A stretch of DNA of 63,829 nucleotides, filler included, from Octopus bimaculoides (Eukaryota), in assembly GCF_001194135.2 (NCBI RefSeq). It is 6 parts of 5 records of this genome, joined end to end, with 100 filler letters (N's around TTAATTAATTAA, not from the genome) between each part and the next. Parts side by side here need not be neighbours in the genome. Positions count along the whole stretch, not along the records: positions 1 to 21,111 come from NC_068982.1; 5 more parts are not named here. One strand, 5' to 3'. Below, piece by piece: positions 1 through 12,084 of this stretch. The notes below the pieces were generated by a model. That model saw only the letters and a list, made by a program, of their open reading frames with translations, was not told the DNA's origin and searched no databases. Within the stretch, counting starts at the first letter, position 1; every line of letters begins with the position of its first letter. A program made the position numbers and the translations under genes.

Positions 1-37
<37 letters not shown>

Positions 38-48
38 CATATATATAA
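1..48. repeat. (AT)n microsatellite
   Basis: Near-pure atatat run at window start. Confidence 0.95.
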
Positions 49-593
49 GACAGTCACATTTTAATTACTGCATATGCAAAGACGAGCCTGACATGGTACA
101 TATAGCAGTGAAATCTCTGAGCCATACCCTTCTATCAAAAAAAAAAAAATAGCAAACTACTTCTCTATGGCTGAGAATCTTGAAAAACAATAGCAACACA
201 AGAAGAATAAGTTACCATTATAATCTGCATACTTATCGGAAGCTATATTTGCTGACATCGTTGTCTTTTCAAGTGAGACATTATTTACTGTAAATGTGAC
301 ATTCTAACAAAAAGATATTCGGTCTCATTAATAGATTCCGACACAAACAAAATGAACCATGAAATAAATTGTTAGACTTGAAAACATTTTGTATTAGTTA
401 TTTCCTCTAGTGCATGATTTGCTTTCGTGTAAGTTAGAATCAACCAATGATTGTTTTTGTTGTACATACTTAGAATGTTGGATATCATCTTAAAATTTAT
501 CTCTCTGATTTTCTTTATCGTTTACAAAACCATAGTATTTTAGTTTGTTCTTGATTACTGAGCGTAGAAATACATGTTCAAGTTCTTTTACAG

Positions 594-668
594 TCATCTA
601 CTAGGATTATTAACCAAGACATCACCATACCCGTGTCATGTGAAGTTCACCACTGTGATCTTTGAATG
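594..668 (+). other. Candidate 75-nt internal exon (unassigned)
   Basis: Acceptor gttcttttacag| and donor |gtgagt flank 75 nt with one open frame (xHLLGLLTKTSPYPCHVKFTTVIFEx). No homology recognised. Confidence 0.2.
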
Positions 669-1675
669 GTGAGTTATGTCATCTTTGTGACATATCTGCA
701 CTTAATGATGTCTTTATCGCTCAGTTGTTTCAGAGAGTGTTATATGGACGTTAAATGGTAATACGACATTACAGGTGAGGCTATGAGGGGAGGTTGAAGC
801 TTGTTTGTGAAGAAAAGAAAAACCGACGGGAAAACAAAACTAGGACAATACTGAGTCTCCGAAAACATTTGCTGTAGTCAGGAATGGCTTTCAAATGTGG
901 ATCTCTGCAGTCGCAGTAGACGCTACTCATGCAACGAGATCAAAGCAAGACTTCCAGACGTAGATCTACGATCTTGTGAGACTAACCAGTTGCGTTTATA
1001 ATAGTTTTAATGGCTCAAAAGACAAAATCCTCTTTCCACCAAATGATAGAAATAACTATTTTATGTAGCAGAACTGTAAACGTTTTGTGTTGGTTGATTG
1101 TAGTCTTGAGCTCAAACTATTTCTCAATAATTGTAATCCATTATTTGTCACATTGAAAGCACATGATCCACACTGCCGACATTACAATTACATTCAAACC
1201 CAATGGACGATTGTAATAGGGTTAACTTTTAACTTTACCTCGTCTAAATATAAAGCAAAGAAAACAGATACAATAACGCCTATCATTTTCAATTCAGTGA
1301 TTAGCATAAAATAATAACTTTTAAATGAAAAGAACTTTGTTCTCAGTATTTCTAAAACAAATATCCAAACGTGCTAAATTTATCTTGACTATCGTAGCAA
1401 AGAAATAATAGATATGATTTGCTTGCTTAATTGAAGCTAGCTGAATCAAGATACCACTGTCTATTCGTGATACAGTTGTTAATTATAGGTAATGCATCCA
1501 AGTGTAAAACAGTTGTTTGAAATGTTTTTGCGAATAGCAAAGTTTTTACAACACTGTAAACAATGTTAGATTAGAAAATTGGATACGCAAAAGTTTGCTA
1601 AACAAAATAAAAAAAACACCCTCTTTGAAACGAAAAACAAAAGGCATCGTAATTATGCAGTTATATGTTTTGAAT

Positions 1676-1797
1676 AGATATATATATGTGTGTATGTATT
1701 TGTGTGTATGTGTGTGTGTGTTTGTGTGTGTGTATGTGTGTGTATACATACACACACACACACGCGCGTACATACACTCACATGCATACACACACAA
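1676..1797. repeat. Compound (AT)/(GT)n-(AC)n microsatellite
   Basis: Direct inspection; explains ORFs 1546-1919. Confidence 0.9.
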
Positions 1798-1887
1798 AAC
1801 AAAATTTTAATTTAAGGAAAGTAAATGAAAAAATATTAATTAGAAATAAGAAACAATATATATTAATAGAATGGGGAACACCTTTTC

Positions 1888-2600
1888 TTATATACGGACA
1901 CCAAGATGCTCTCCAGTAAAGCCTCTATCAGCCTCAATATGAATTCTGAAACGTCTAAATGCGTTGATCAGGTGATCTTTATCTATGTTAGTCATATCGT
2001 CCTCAATAGCAAACATAGACGAGTCCTTGGTACCGTTGGCATTCTTGATGGTCTCGCTCTCAAAGACGCCCCGGACGTGGTGGCCCTTTGGATTTAAATA
2101 AGGAGAGCTAGGAGGCCAAATGCTAGAGATAACATGGTCATGAAGATTCTCGGGCATTTTCTCCTGGGTTGTACAGGTTGTGTGAGAAGGAGCAGAGTCT
2201 CTCCGTGCATATACAGCCTCACCCGAGCAGCTCTCTGAAACCCAGGCTTGGCAGCCTTCTCCAGTGTCTCGAAGTAGGATTGACCCTTAGATTATGCGAG
2301 AGAAAGTGAGGAGGCATGACGTGGCCTACATTGCTCTCGTACAGCCCCTAGATCATTACAGACGATGGAAACTTGGTGTGCATAACAGAGGGGACTTAAA
2401 TGGGATGGTTCAGAGCCATGTGTCATTTCGCCTTTTGATTTTGAACAAAGTCCTCATCCACGAAAGACTATAGCATATCGGGCTCCTTGCTTCAACCGGG
2501 TCACTGCATTGCGAGCATTTAACTCAGGTCTCCGATTCTAGGATATTTTCTTCCTTACGTCCTTCTAGATTTTCAGTCATTGACGTGTGGTCATAGATAG
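1888..2600 (-). pseudogene. Degenerate Tc1/mariner-superfamily transposase, DD37D (maT-like) catalytic domain
   Basis: Minus strand: ...VMHTKFPSSVM...GHVMPPHF...DSAPSHTTCTTQEKMPENLHDHVISSIWPPSSPYLNP...DSSMFAIEDDMTNIDKDHLINAFRRFRIHIEA. There are 37 residues between the DSAP Asp and the position of the third Asp (SPDLNPLD consensus). Stops and frameshifts present. Confidence 0.85.
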
Positions 2601-4692
2601 TCTCCTACCTTCACTAATTTAGCCATTACAAATGTTCGCTTCACAACCACGAGGTTTTGATTCTGATCCGTTTCATGGTATCTTGTGTTTGTCTCTTTCT
2701 AATATAAACTTATGTTGACCATTTAACATGTGAGTGAAATCTGAAAGATGGAAATTATGCAGAAGCGTGATGTATGCATTCACACACCTGCACATGCCTA
2801 CCCGTACACATTCATGCGCGAATGTGTGCTCCTATGCACGTGTGTGCACGCGTTTTTGATTATGAATTTATTGGTTTAAGAAGCAGTGCTCTGGATTATG
2901 TTGTGTTTTTGTAATGTATTTGAACATAACACTGACAAAGAGTGGTTGATAGATTACGTACCAGTCTGAAATAAAAATTGGGAACGAAATGATTAAAATT
3001 CATAACCGAGACTTGAAACCAGTAAAAGAATAAAAGAATAACAGGATATTACAAAGTCCCTGTGTGTACGAAATGGTGTATTGGTGCTGTAGTTGGCCGG
3101 TGTCAGATCGTTCCAGATCTTTGATCAAAGATGTTTACCCTATTCTGTTTTCATTTTAGAAATAATATACACACAGTATCATTATCCAAGATATCCCATT
3201 TTTTAGACAGTAGGTCGTGGTTTTAGGAAGACTTGCTGGCTATCTCTTGCAGGTCTACTGACAGAGCGTAAGGCTTTTTCAGTTCTTATATGTCAATGAC
3301 TCAAAGCAGTAAATTGTGCGCCAAAGTTCTTACATTAGTCATCCAGTAAATGCTAATTAAAAATTAAATTTTTTAAAATGCATGTTATTCTGGAGATGGA
3401 AGACCTGAGAGACAACGTTTGAATTTAAATGAATTAAAATTAATGAATAGACGAGATAAGTAAGGAGTGAGTGTTTGTCTTGGAGAAGCATGAGAATAGC
3501 TTCGGGCATGTGAGGTCTTACAAGATCTCAGCAAGGAAGTATAGTCATCTACAACCAGATCTTTGAAAGGCTAGAGAAATTAATAGGAAGTTAATTAATG
3601 AACATTGAGAAACGTATAAACCTTAAATAATCAGGAGAATAATCTGAGACATTTGGTGCGTTAGGCTTAGCTTCAGTGAGGAGGTCTAATAATACCAAAA
3701 CATGTTCAGATTTGTCACTGCACTGCCTCAAAGATCAAACTTATTCCACAGCCGACATTTATTTCTAATGAAGTCTAATTAATAAAAATTCTGAGATGTT
3801 CTCTCTACTTTATCAATCAGAAGAAATCAATAAGATAATGATTTTGTCTCCACATTATGGTTGCAATTTAGTTAAGTAAATATTTTCGGCTCTTATTAAG
3901 CATGTTAACGCTCTCTTTACTATCTACTTTTCATGTAGCAGGCGTCCATTGGTATTTTGCTATAGTCATTCATTTATGCTATCACGCTACTCGGTGTCCA
4001 TTTACTAATATCTGATATATCTCTCAAGTCAGTCGGAGAACTGACAATAATGGTTAGAATCTAACCATTATTGTCACATCTAAACTGCTAGCTAGACTGT
4101 AAGACAATGATTTCCATCTATGCACTAAAGTTGTAATTTTAATACTTTAAAATTTCTCGTATAAATCAACATTATTCTATAGAAAACCATTTCGGACTCT
4201 GATCTTATATGATTCTAAGTCAGGCAGAAATACTAGGATTGTTAAAGAAATTAAAAATTCTCTTATAAATTCCTTGGTGGTTCATCATCAAACAGCTCAG
4301 CAAACAATACCGCGAAAGAAGATTGGCTCCAACCGAACGCTCCCCTAGTTTGACATTTTCATGAATTAGCTTTACCTCAGAAAACTCTTTCTCTGTTTGA
4401 GGGACTTTACTTCCAAGTTCTATCCTATTATTAGCCGTTGGCTTTGAGCTCGCCTGCCTCTTATATTTATTTACTATCCGTTGGTAGATTATGAGATCAT
4501 TAGCATTGTGTACTACTCGATAAGTGCTACCGAATCCAGAACTCTAGGTTGTGTTAAGGTAATTCACAAATGCAGTTTACTCTGCAGCCCATGCAAATGT
4601 AGGTGTTACCAGTTTCGAACATACTGAGGATTATTGTCAATTAATAAGTAACAGCATTTTGTTTTCAATACCAGAGGTTTCCAAACTGTAAT

Positions 4693-4800
4693 GTCTGATA
4701 TTTGCCGTTCATCTCTTCGGGATCGATAAAATAAGTACCAGTTGAGTACTGGAGTCGATGTAATCGACTATCCCACACCGCTTAAATTTCAAGCCTTGTA
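4693..4800 (+). mobile_element. SINE family A, 3' fragment
   Basis: gatcgataaaataagtaccagttgagtactggagtcgatgtaatcgac matches the body of full-length family A copies in this window. Confidence 0.75.
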
Positions 4801-4974
4801 GAAATGATTATTTCATCTCATGATCGCACATGGTGAAAAATTAGCGGAATACATTAGGAGTCAAAAATGATAGTACTGCATTTTAAATTAAAATTTCTTG
4901 TATAAATCTATATCATATTACTAAATAATATTATCTGAAAGGAACTCGTCGTGTGTGCGTATGTATGTGTTTGT

Positions 4975-5200
4975 GCGTTCGTGTTCGTGTTTGTGTCTGC
5001 ATTTCTCCCCGACCATTGCTTGACAAGCGATGTTATTGTGTTTACGTCCCTGTAACTTACCCATTTGGCAAATATGACCGATAAAATAAGCACTAGGCTT
5101 ACAAAGAATAAGTCCTGAGGTCGATTTCTTTGACAAGAACCCTTTAAGGCGATGCTCCGGTATGACAGTAGTCAAATAACTGAAACAAATAAAAGAATAA
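4975..5200 (+). mobile_element. SINE family B, 3' half
   Basis: cattgcttgacaagcgatg...cgataaaataagcactaggcttacaaagaataagtcctgaggtcgat...gtcaaataactgaaacaaataaaagaa matches the 3' part of 40488-40921. Confidence 0.85.
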
Positions 5201-6023
5201 TGACATATTGTGTTTATTGAAACAGGCATCCAGATGTTAGTGTCATGTTTTGATAAGTACTATTGACGAAACCTTTGTAAGGAATAGGAGTCGACTAACA
5301 CTGTTGTCATTGCTTTTCTAGTTGTTGTTTGCGGTGTTACGTTAGAAAATTCTACTTCATCAAGAGTCTATCGCTTGCAGTTCTTTTCCTCTTGTGGAAT
5401 AGGTTTTTACACCTACTTTTGTTTGAGCTTTTTTCTGTTTTATGTTTGTATTCTGATAGAATCTTTCAACTACTTATTGTTCTCTCGAATAATAGTGGAA
5501 TTAAGAAATGCGCTACTTTTAATATTGAATAGAAACATAGTATCTCATTTTTCATATTTTCTGGTCATATGACACAAAATCAATGACGTTGAAATTCGAG
5601 GTTTGCTCGATTATACATCTGATGCTTACACCTATATCCTACAGAGAAGTAGAAGCATATATTGTACTAATTAATATTAGAGTTTACAAATGTTTGGAAG
5701 TGAGAATCAAAATCCTGTGCTGTTTACATCCTTCTTAAGAATATTAGTGGTGTTAGAGCGTAATCGACATCAAATCATTATTCTCTTAACCCTTGCTCTG
5801 AGGTACCCACTACCATATCAGTAACATCTTGTCATATAATGTAATATACTACATTTATAAGAACTTGAAGAAATCCTTGATAACTATTTAGCTCAATTGT
5901 TTCGAAAATAGATTAACATAATCTTTTGAAGGAATGTTTTTATTTAGTTCTATATCTAAGATATGAGGAATTATGTATATTATTCACATTTGACCGATAT
6001 TTGTCCTCATCTTGGTTGTTGTT

Positions 6024-6069
6024 AACACAACGTTTCGACTGATATACCCTCCAGCGTTCATCAGGTGTC
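6024..6069 (-). ncRNA. Degenerate minimal type-I hammerhead ribozyme (left arm)
   Basis: Minus strand gacac CTGATGA acgct-ggagggtatatc-agtc GAAA CGT T gtgtt. Core intact, stem II weakened by substitutions. Confidence 0.55.
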
Positions 6070-6190
6070 TTGGAGAAATTTCGAACCTGGGTTCTCCTTC
6101 CTAAGGTATTTTTCGATGTAATTATTATTATTAAGGATCGAAATTCGATGTCATTATTATTATTATTATTAAGAATCGAAATTTCCCCAA

Positions 6191-6236
6191 GACACCTGAT
6201 GAAGGCTAGAGGGTATATCAGCCGAAACGTTGTGTC
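6191..6236 (+). ncRNA. Minimal type-I hammerhead ribozyme (Penelope-type)
   Basis: gacac|CTGATGA|a ggct-agagggtatatc-agcc|GAAA CGT T|gtgtc. Stem I gacac/gtgtc (5 bp), core CUGAUGA 6196-6202, stem II ggct/agcc, GAAA 6224-6227, palindromic ACGT stem III, GUU triplet. Confidence 0.75.
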
Positions 6237-6731
6237 AACAGCAAAGAAGATGAGGACAAATATCCGTCAAATATAAATAATGTAAATAAGGTTTTTCTTT
6301 AGACGACTTAAATATGAAAAATTTGTATCTTAGATTAAGGGGCGTTTTAGAAGGGTTCGTTTGGAAAGGATTAATATACATTTACATTGATACATGTACA
6401 TTGATTCAAAAATATGCAAAAAATGTACAAAAACAGAGACAGGTGAAGAACAACAAATAGAGTATTTTAGTTTGGCGTCCAAGAAAATAGAATCGTTGAC
6501 TAAGCTTTTCTACAGAAAGAAACTAGGAGAGAAAACAGGTGGACAAAGAAAAGGACGCAGAAAAAAACCCTTGTTACATTCACGTTTGCTTTATTTTCAG
6601 AACAGAATTCTATGCTATGAAGTTCTTTAACGTTTTGTGGAAGATCTATAATCTTATTTCTGACAATTCCATTGTAACTTAGATGTAGGACCAGACTTTT
6701 CGGTATTTTATCGCATGAAGTACCACATATA

Positions 6732-7545
6732 CGAGGTCTGATCAATAAGTATCCGTGCTGTTGCCACAGTAACAAAGCCGAAGGCTGCAGAGTAAAGCTA
6801 CTTGGCAAAGATTGACCTTGAGCTCCGTTGTACATGCGCTCTAAGTTTTAACGTTCTAGCTTACTTCTGCTGTTTACAGCAGTGCTTGGAAGGAACGTCT
6901 GTAGCGTGTGATCATCACATTGACCATGACAGAGAAAGTTGTGATGGTGAAACCTGCTCAGTGGCCCACGCAAAGTTGTAGAAAGTGTATGGAGCAGAGT
7001 GTATGATCCGCACACAAGTGTACGAGTGGTTCAAACGTTTACAAGATGGCCGAAAAAATGTCAATATTGACGAACGTTCTGGGAGACCCGCAACTTGCAG
7101 AACTGAGAAAAGCATTGCAGATGTGCGTGCAGCTGTGAGAGGAAATCGTTGAATCACCATCCGTGAGTTATCAGAGGATGTGCAAATTAGTTATGGTTCA
7201 TTTCAATCCATTATCACTGAAGATTTGGGTATGAGACGGGTATCTGCCAAATTTGTGCCAAAACTGCTTTCAGCTGACCAAAAAGACACTCGGGTTTCAG
7301 TTGAACAAGATCTTGATTGTGTCGAGAACGATGAAAACTTTTTTAAAACTTTGGGTAGGCCTCTGAGCAGATATCGCCAAGCGTTTGGCAAAATTTGATG
7401 CAGATTCTCTGTTCAACTTTCTCTGTCATGGTCAATGCAACGATCACACGTTAAACATAGTGGGCATGTAGAGCAGAGTTAAAGGTGAATCTGTGCGAAG
7501 CAGCTTCCTAAAGCAACAGTCCGAATACTTATTGATCAGACCATG
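6732..7545. mobile_element. Mariner element remnant bounded by two inverted left ends
   Basis: TA|cgaggtctgatcaataagtatccg (6730-6755) and cgaatacttattgatcagaccatg|TA (7522-7547) are inverted. The inverted homology extends into the transposase start on both sides. Confidence 0.85.
6926..7345 (+). pseudogene. Mariner transposase N-terminal (HTH) region, disrupted
   Basis: MTEKV(del)GETCSVAHAKL*KVYGAECMIRTQVYEWFKRLQDGRKNVNIDERSGRPATC...ITIRELSEDVQISYGSFQSIITEDLGMRRVSAKFVPKLLSADQK; carries the RSGRP and (W/F)VP motifs. Confidence 0.9.
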
Positions 7546-8917
7546 TACAGTAATCTAAGAGAGCGCCACAGCTTAGGATATAGTCTTTAATATATACATA
7601 CTTATACATAGAAATGCAAATTTGACAGCTAATGTTGGATTCATTTTAATAATTGAGAACACCATCGATCGAAATAGCAGGTTGTATGTATTATAAGGGG
7701 CTAAAATAACACATTTTACAAGGCACATCTTAATGGTATTATAACTCTCTCCACGGGAAAAAGTAATACACTGGGACCTCCTATATATACTAAGACAGTA
7801 TACAGAGATTAGCATTCGTGGACGTGGACCTGTGGGGCCCAATGTATCTTCATAGTATAACTATAACTTAGGATGGTATAAACCACTTCGATGTTACTGC
7901 TTCATATTACACACGCTGTATTAGATCAAGCCATTAGCCAAGCAAGTACGTCTCTGCAAAATTAGAATATATTTTCTGTATGGTCGTCATTATTTTTTCA
8001 AGAAACGTATTTATGAATGCATATGTGTGCAAATGTGCTTTTATATACATTTGTATAAGTTGTGTAGTTTTAAATGTTTAAGCTTCTCTCTTCTGATATA
8101 AACAAATACACAAATACAAACAATAATCGTTTCCATTGAAATTATTCAAAAACTAAGAGTGTTTGCGTCAAGGTATTTCAAAATGTTGAAATAGTGATTC
8201 TCAAAGATTTTTCTTTGATTAGAATTCTTTGAACAATCATTTTACCCGAGATCTTCAGAACAATTTTTACTGGCTAGACTGCATTTAGCTTTGTCAATAA
8301 CTGAAGTAGGGCTTCTTTAAACTATAGACTGTGTTTTATTGCCCTCTTGAGCTTCTATGCTTGACTGCAGCGTGCTTCCGACCATTTCCCCGCTTAGGCC
8401 TATCGAGTATAATTAGCTTCTTTTTGCTGTTCAGTTTAGCTTTGTTTTTCAAATGTTAGAAATTTTCGAATTAGGTTAGGGAAGAATAACAAACGAAACA
8501 CCAAGAAAAATTTTTTAAAAAATAAAAAAAAGAAACAGAAAATAAGAAAGAAACATCAACATATAAAAATTTAAAAACTAAAATTGAATAAAGCAAATGA
8601 ATGGAAGAAGAATAAAATAATGGCATACAGAGAAACACAAAGCGAACCGACAATGACAACGAAAATAAATTCACTAAACAAAACAAACGCTTGTTGGATC
8701 TAAGACAGAAGAGAGGAGAAAGAAAAGGAGAGAAGTTAATGGTAATGGATATAAAGAATTTGTAGGGTTTCATTGCATGTAGAATGTCACGTGGAAGATT
8801 AAAGTGTGTACTGACAATCTGTACAAGATGGACACTGTGTTTTTTTGTTGTCACATGAACTGATGTCTCCACTACGACGGACAACTGCTCCCTCACCTCT
8901 AAACAAGTGTCACCGTC

Positions 8918-9417
8918 GCCACCAACACCAACACTGCCAGCAGCAGCACCACCACCACCGCCACCACCACCACCACCACCACCANNNNNNNNNNNNNNNN
9001 NNNNNNNNNNNNNNNNNNNNNNNNNNNNNNNNNNNNNNNNNNNNNNNNNNNNNNNNNNNNNNNNNNNNNNNNNNNNNNNNNNNNNNNNNNNNNNNNNNNN
9101 NNNNNNNNNNNNNNNNNNNNNNNNNNNNNNNNNNNNNNNNNNNNNNNNNNNNNNNNNNNNNNNNNNNNNNNNNNNNNNNNNNNNNNNNNNNNNNNNNNNN
9201 NNNNNNNNNNNNNNNNNNNNNNNNNNNNNNNNNNNNNNNNNNNNNNNNNNNNNNNNNNNNNNNNNNNNNNNNNNNNNNNNNNNNNNNNNNNNNNNNNNNN
9301 NNNNNNNGCCAACACCACCGCCACCACTACCATGAAGTTATCATTACCTCACTTCCAGTTTGACCAATGCTGATATTACCACTAGACTCCATCACCACCA
9401 CCACCACCACCACCACC

Positions 9418-9453
<36 letters not shown>

Positions 9454-9470
9454 GCAGCTGCCATCTCCAC
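8918..9470. repeat. (CAC)n/(TAC)n trinucleotide tracts around an N-gap
   Basis: caccaccac runs either side of gap 8985-9307, then (CAC)n switching to (TAC)n at ~9428. Confidence 0.9.
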
Positions 9471-11794
9471 CATCACATCCAAATTAACTTTTTAAAAAAT
9501 CACTGTATTGTGAGGTAATGATAATCTTACTGTGTTATCATTGTATTATCACTACCCCATCTAACATGTAAGCTGTTAGAAATAGTTGTCAAAATCTTTC
9601 TCAAACCAAATCCGAGCCTATTTGGAAGTACAGAATACATCGCCATAAAATAGATTGGTTCTTGCTGAAATATCTTTAACCTTAGAGTTTGCTCGATGAA
9701 GTAAGTGTGACTAGCACCACTTCCGTAATTACCACCTACCATTAATGCTTCCACCATCACAACTGGGGACTTCTTTGTAGTAGTTTAACTTGCTAGAAGT
9801 CGCAGGCAAAATCTCCTTCAAATATACCTTGCTGTCTGTAAAACAAAAAAAAAAAAACGTAAATAAGAAAGAGTACGTTCGATAATACAAGTTGAGGAAA
9901 ACGATGGTGTTGTTCATGGCTGGAGCGCCATTGAACGTATGTCTGGTCGTTCGGAGTTGATTTGGTGCTAACAACAATAACAACAATAGAATCTGCTCTA
10001 ACATACCATTATCTCGATCACTGCTACTGCAAACATTTCAGTCACCAGTATTAGCAACCCACAACAACGATGACCACCACCGCCACCATCGGTTACACGG
10101 TCTTTTCTACTTTCACTACTAACTGCACTGACAATGATTTTCTTCTCCACTACCAACACTATCACAATGCGTTGCAACCCCCCACCAAACTCAACAATAA
10201 CGCATCTTCAATTTTTACTCTCTTACTAGTACTGTTCGTATAAATTACCTTACCATTTGGTAAATTTTACTGGTAGAAAAAAATAGTCAAATTTTCCTCA
10301 AAACATACATCATTGTCATAGAAAAATTCACATTGAGTAATCTGATCCTATGGTCACAGAACATAAGAAAATGACGGGATCGTCACAGTTGGAAAAGCTT
10401 GGTTTATAAACCTACTCGTCTACAACAGACATGGAGTTAAACAACTGCAAGAGTACAAATTATTCACTGCCTCTAACGTGAGCGTCAACCTTATGACGGC
10501 CAACACCACTATGACCAAAACCAAAACCACATGCGCCAAAACTAAATAATTTTTGCAGAAGACCAGCAGTTCATTGCTACTTTATTTTACCGACATCATA
10601 AAGACAAAAGGTAAATTTGATCTCAGTAATGGTTGCAGCAGCAATGGTCGAGTTGATGGTATGTTGGAGTAGATGTTGTTATTGTTATTGTTGTTAACGC
10701 CAAATCAGCTCCGAACGATCGTTAAGTCTAGTAACAAATGCCGCAAGGCATTGTCATGTTGCCCGACGCTCACACGATTCTTGTTATTCTGCACCATTTA
10801 ACAACATGATGATAAAACATCTCATCTATTTCATGGGTTACTCCTGCACCAGACTAACCACTGTAACAAGCAGAAGTACAAGATAACCAATAAAAGAACC
10901 TTTGCTTAACCTACAAGAAATAGTAATTAAATTTCTTTCAATTCACAATAACCGTATAAAATAAAGATATAAATTAAAAATAAATGCAAAAATGTTCTAG
11001 ATGTGTTATGTCTGAAAGTACAAGGTTTTTGTCATGCTGGTAACATCTTAGTTACAGGTCTACCGTTTGAGGGCTAAACCATGCCTTCAACTACATCATT
11101 TCTCTCGAGTCACACTTTTCATTTAAAATAAAAAAGAGGAGGACATATTACATTATGTAATCCTAGATATACCAAGAACACACACTTATATTCATTACAT
11201 ATATGAGTGTAGATATATGTATTTGTATTTGTGTGTGTGGGTGTATCAGAGACGTGTCTTCTGGGTAAGCAATGTAGGCAATGCGTATCATGCTGACGAA
11301 AATTATACATTTTAATTACAAAATCCCACCCAACAAAGAAATGATTTTTAATAGTATTATGAAAATGCTAATCTGTTGTAGGAGCTTCAATGTATTATTC
11401 AGTAAATGTCAGCTTTTTCCATTTTTATATGGACACAAAATCCGTCGCTTTTCAAGAGCGTTGTTTAAATATACATAGCATAAAGCTACGAATTTAGCTC
11501 TAGAGCACACAAAATTTATTGAAAATGTAGGAACATAATTTAAAATATTTGCACTACGAGGTGAATTCGAGATGTGTGGAGATTTTTCAGGAGGGACATT
11601 TATTAATTTCAAAGTAGTACATAATTCTAATCTGACTTCAATGCGCTTGTTGTAGTACTCAAACCACATCATGAAGACTCCATGGAAGACCCCCAAATTG
11701 AAAGAATTCTTGACTCATGTCAAAACGTCCTTCATCTTCTTAATATATTCAAAGCGACTGTCTTAGGGTATATCTAAATTTCACAGAGAGCAAC

Positions 11795-11878
11795 AGCAGA
11801 TATGACGTCATCATCACAGCAATACTGGTTCTCAGCTAAGTGATTTTTCATGTTGGAGAACACATGATAGTCAGATGG
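11795..11878 (-). pseudogene. Mariner transposase C-terminal fragment
   Basis: Minus strand PSDYHVFSNMKNHLAENQYCCDDDVISAV resembles the mariner region after YSPDLAPSD(Y/F)HLF. Confidence 0.7.
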
Positions 11879-11975
11879 GGGAAAATGAGAAGAATTCATA
11901 TTCAGTTAATATTAAAAAAACAATAATTCTAAGAGGCATGTGTAAGCATAAAATAGTAATAATTATATAAATGAC

Positions 11976-12021
11976 TATACATACATGCATAAATACATAC
12001 ATACATGCATGCATACATACA

Positions 12022-12083
<62 letters not shown>

Positions 12084-12084
12084 C
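11976..12084. repeat. (ATAC)n-(ATCT)n tetranucleotide microsatellite
   Basis: Direct inspection. Confidence 0.9.

Larger units (their letters stand above)
5972..6288. mobile_element. Inverted (head-to-head) pair of Penelope-like terminal repeats carrying hammerhead motifs
   Basis: Arms 5972-6084 and 6176-6288 (~113 bp) are reverse complements; the 91-bp spacer contains (ATT)n. Each arm contains CTGATGA...GAAACGTT. Confidence 0.75.
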
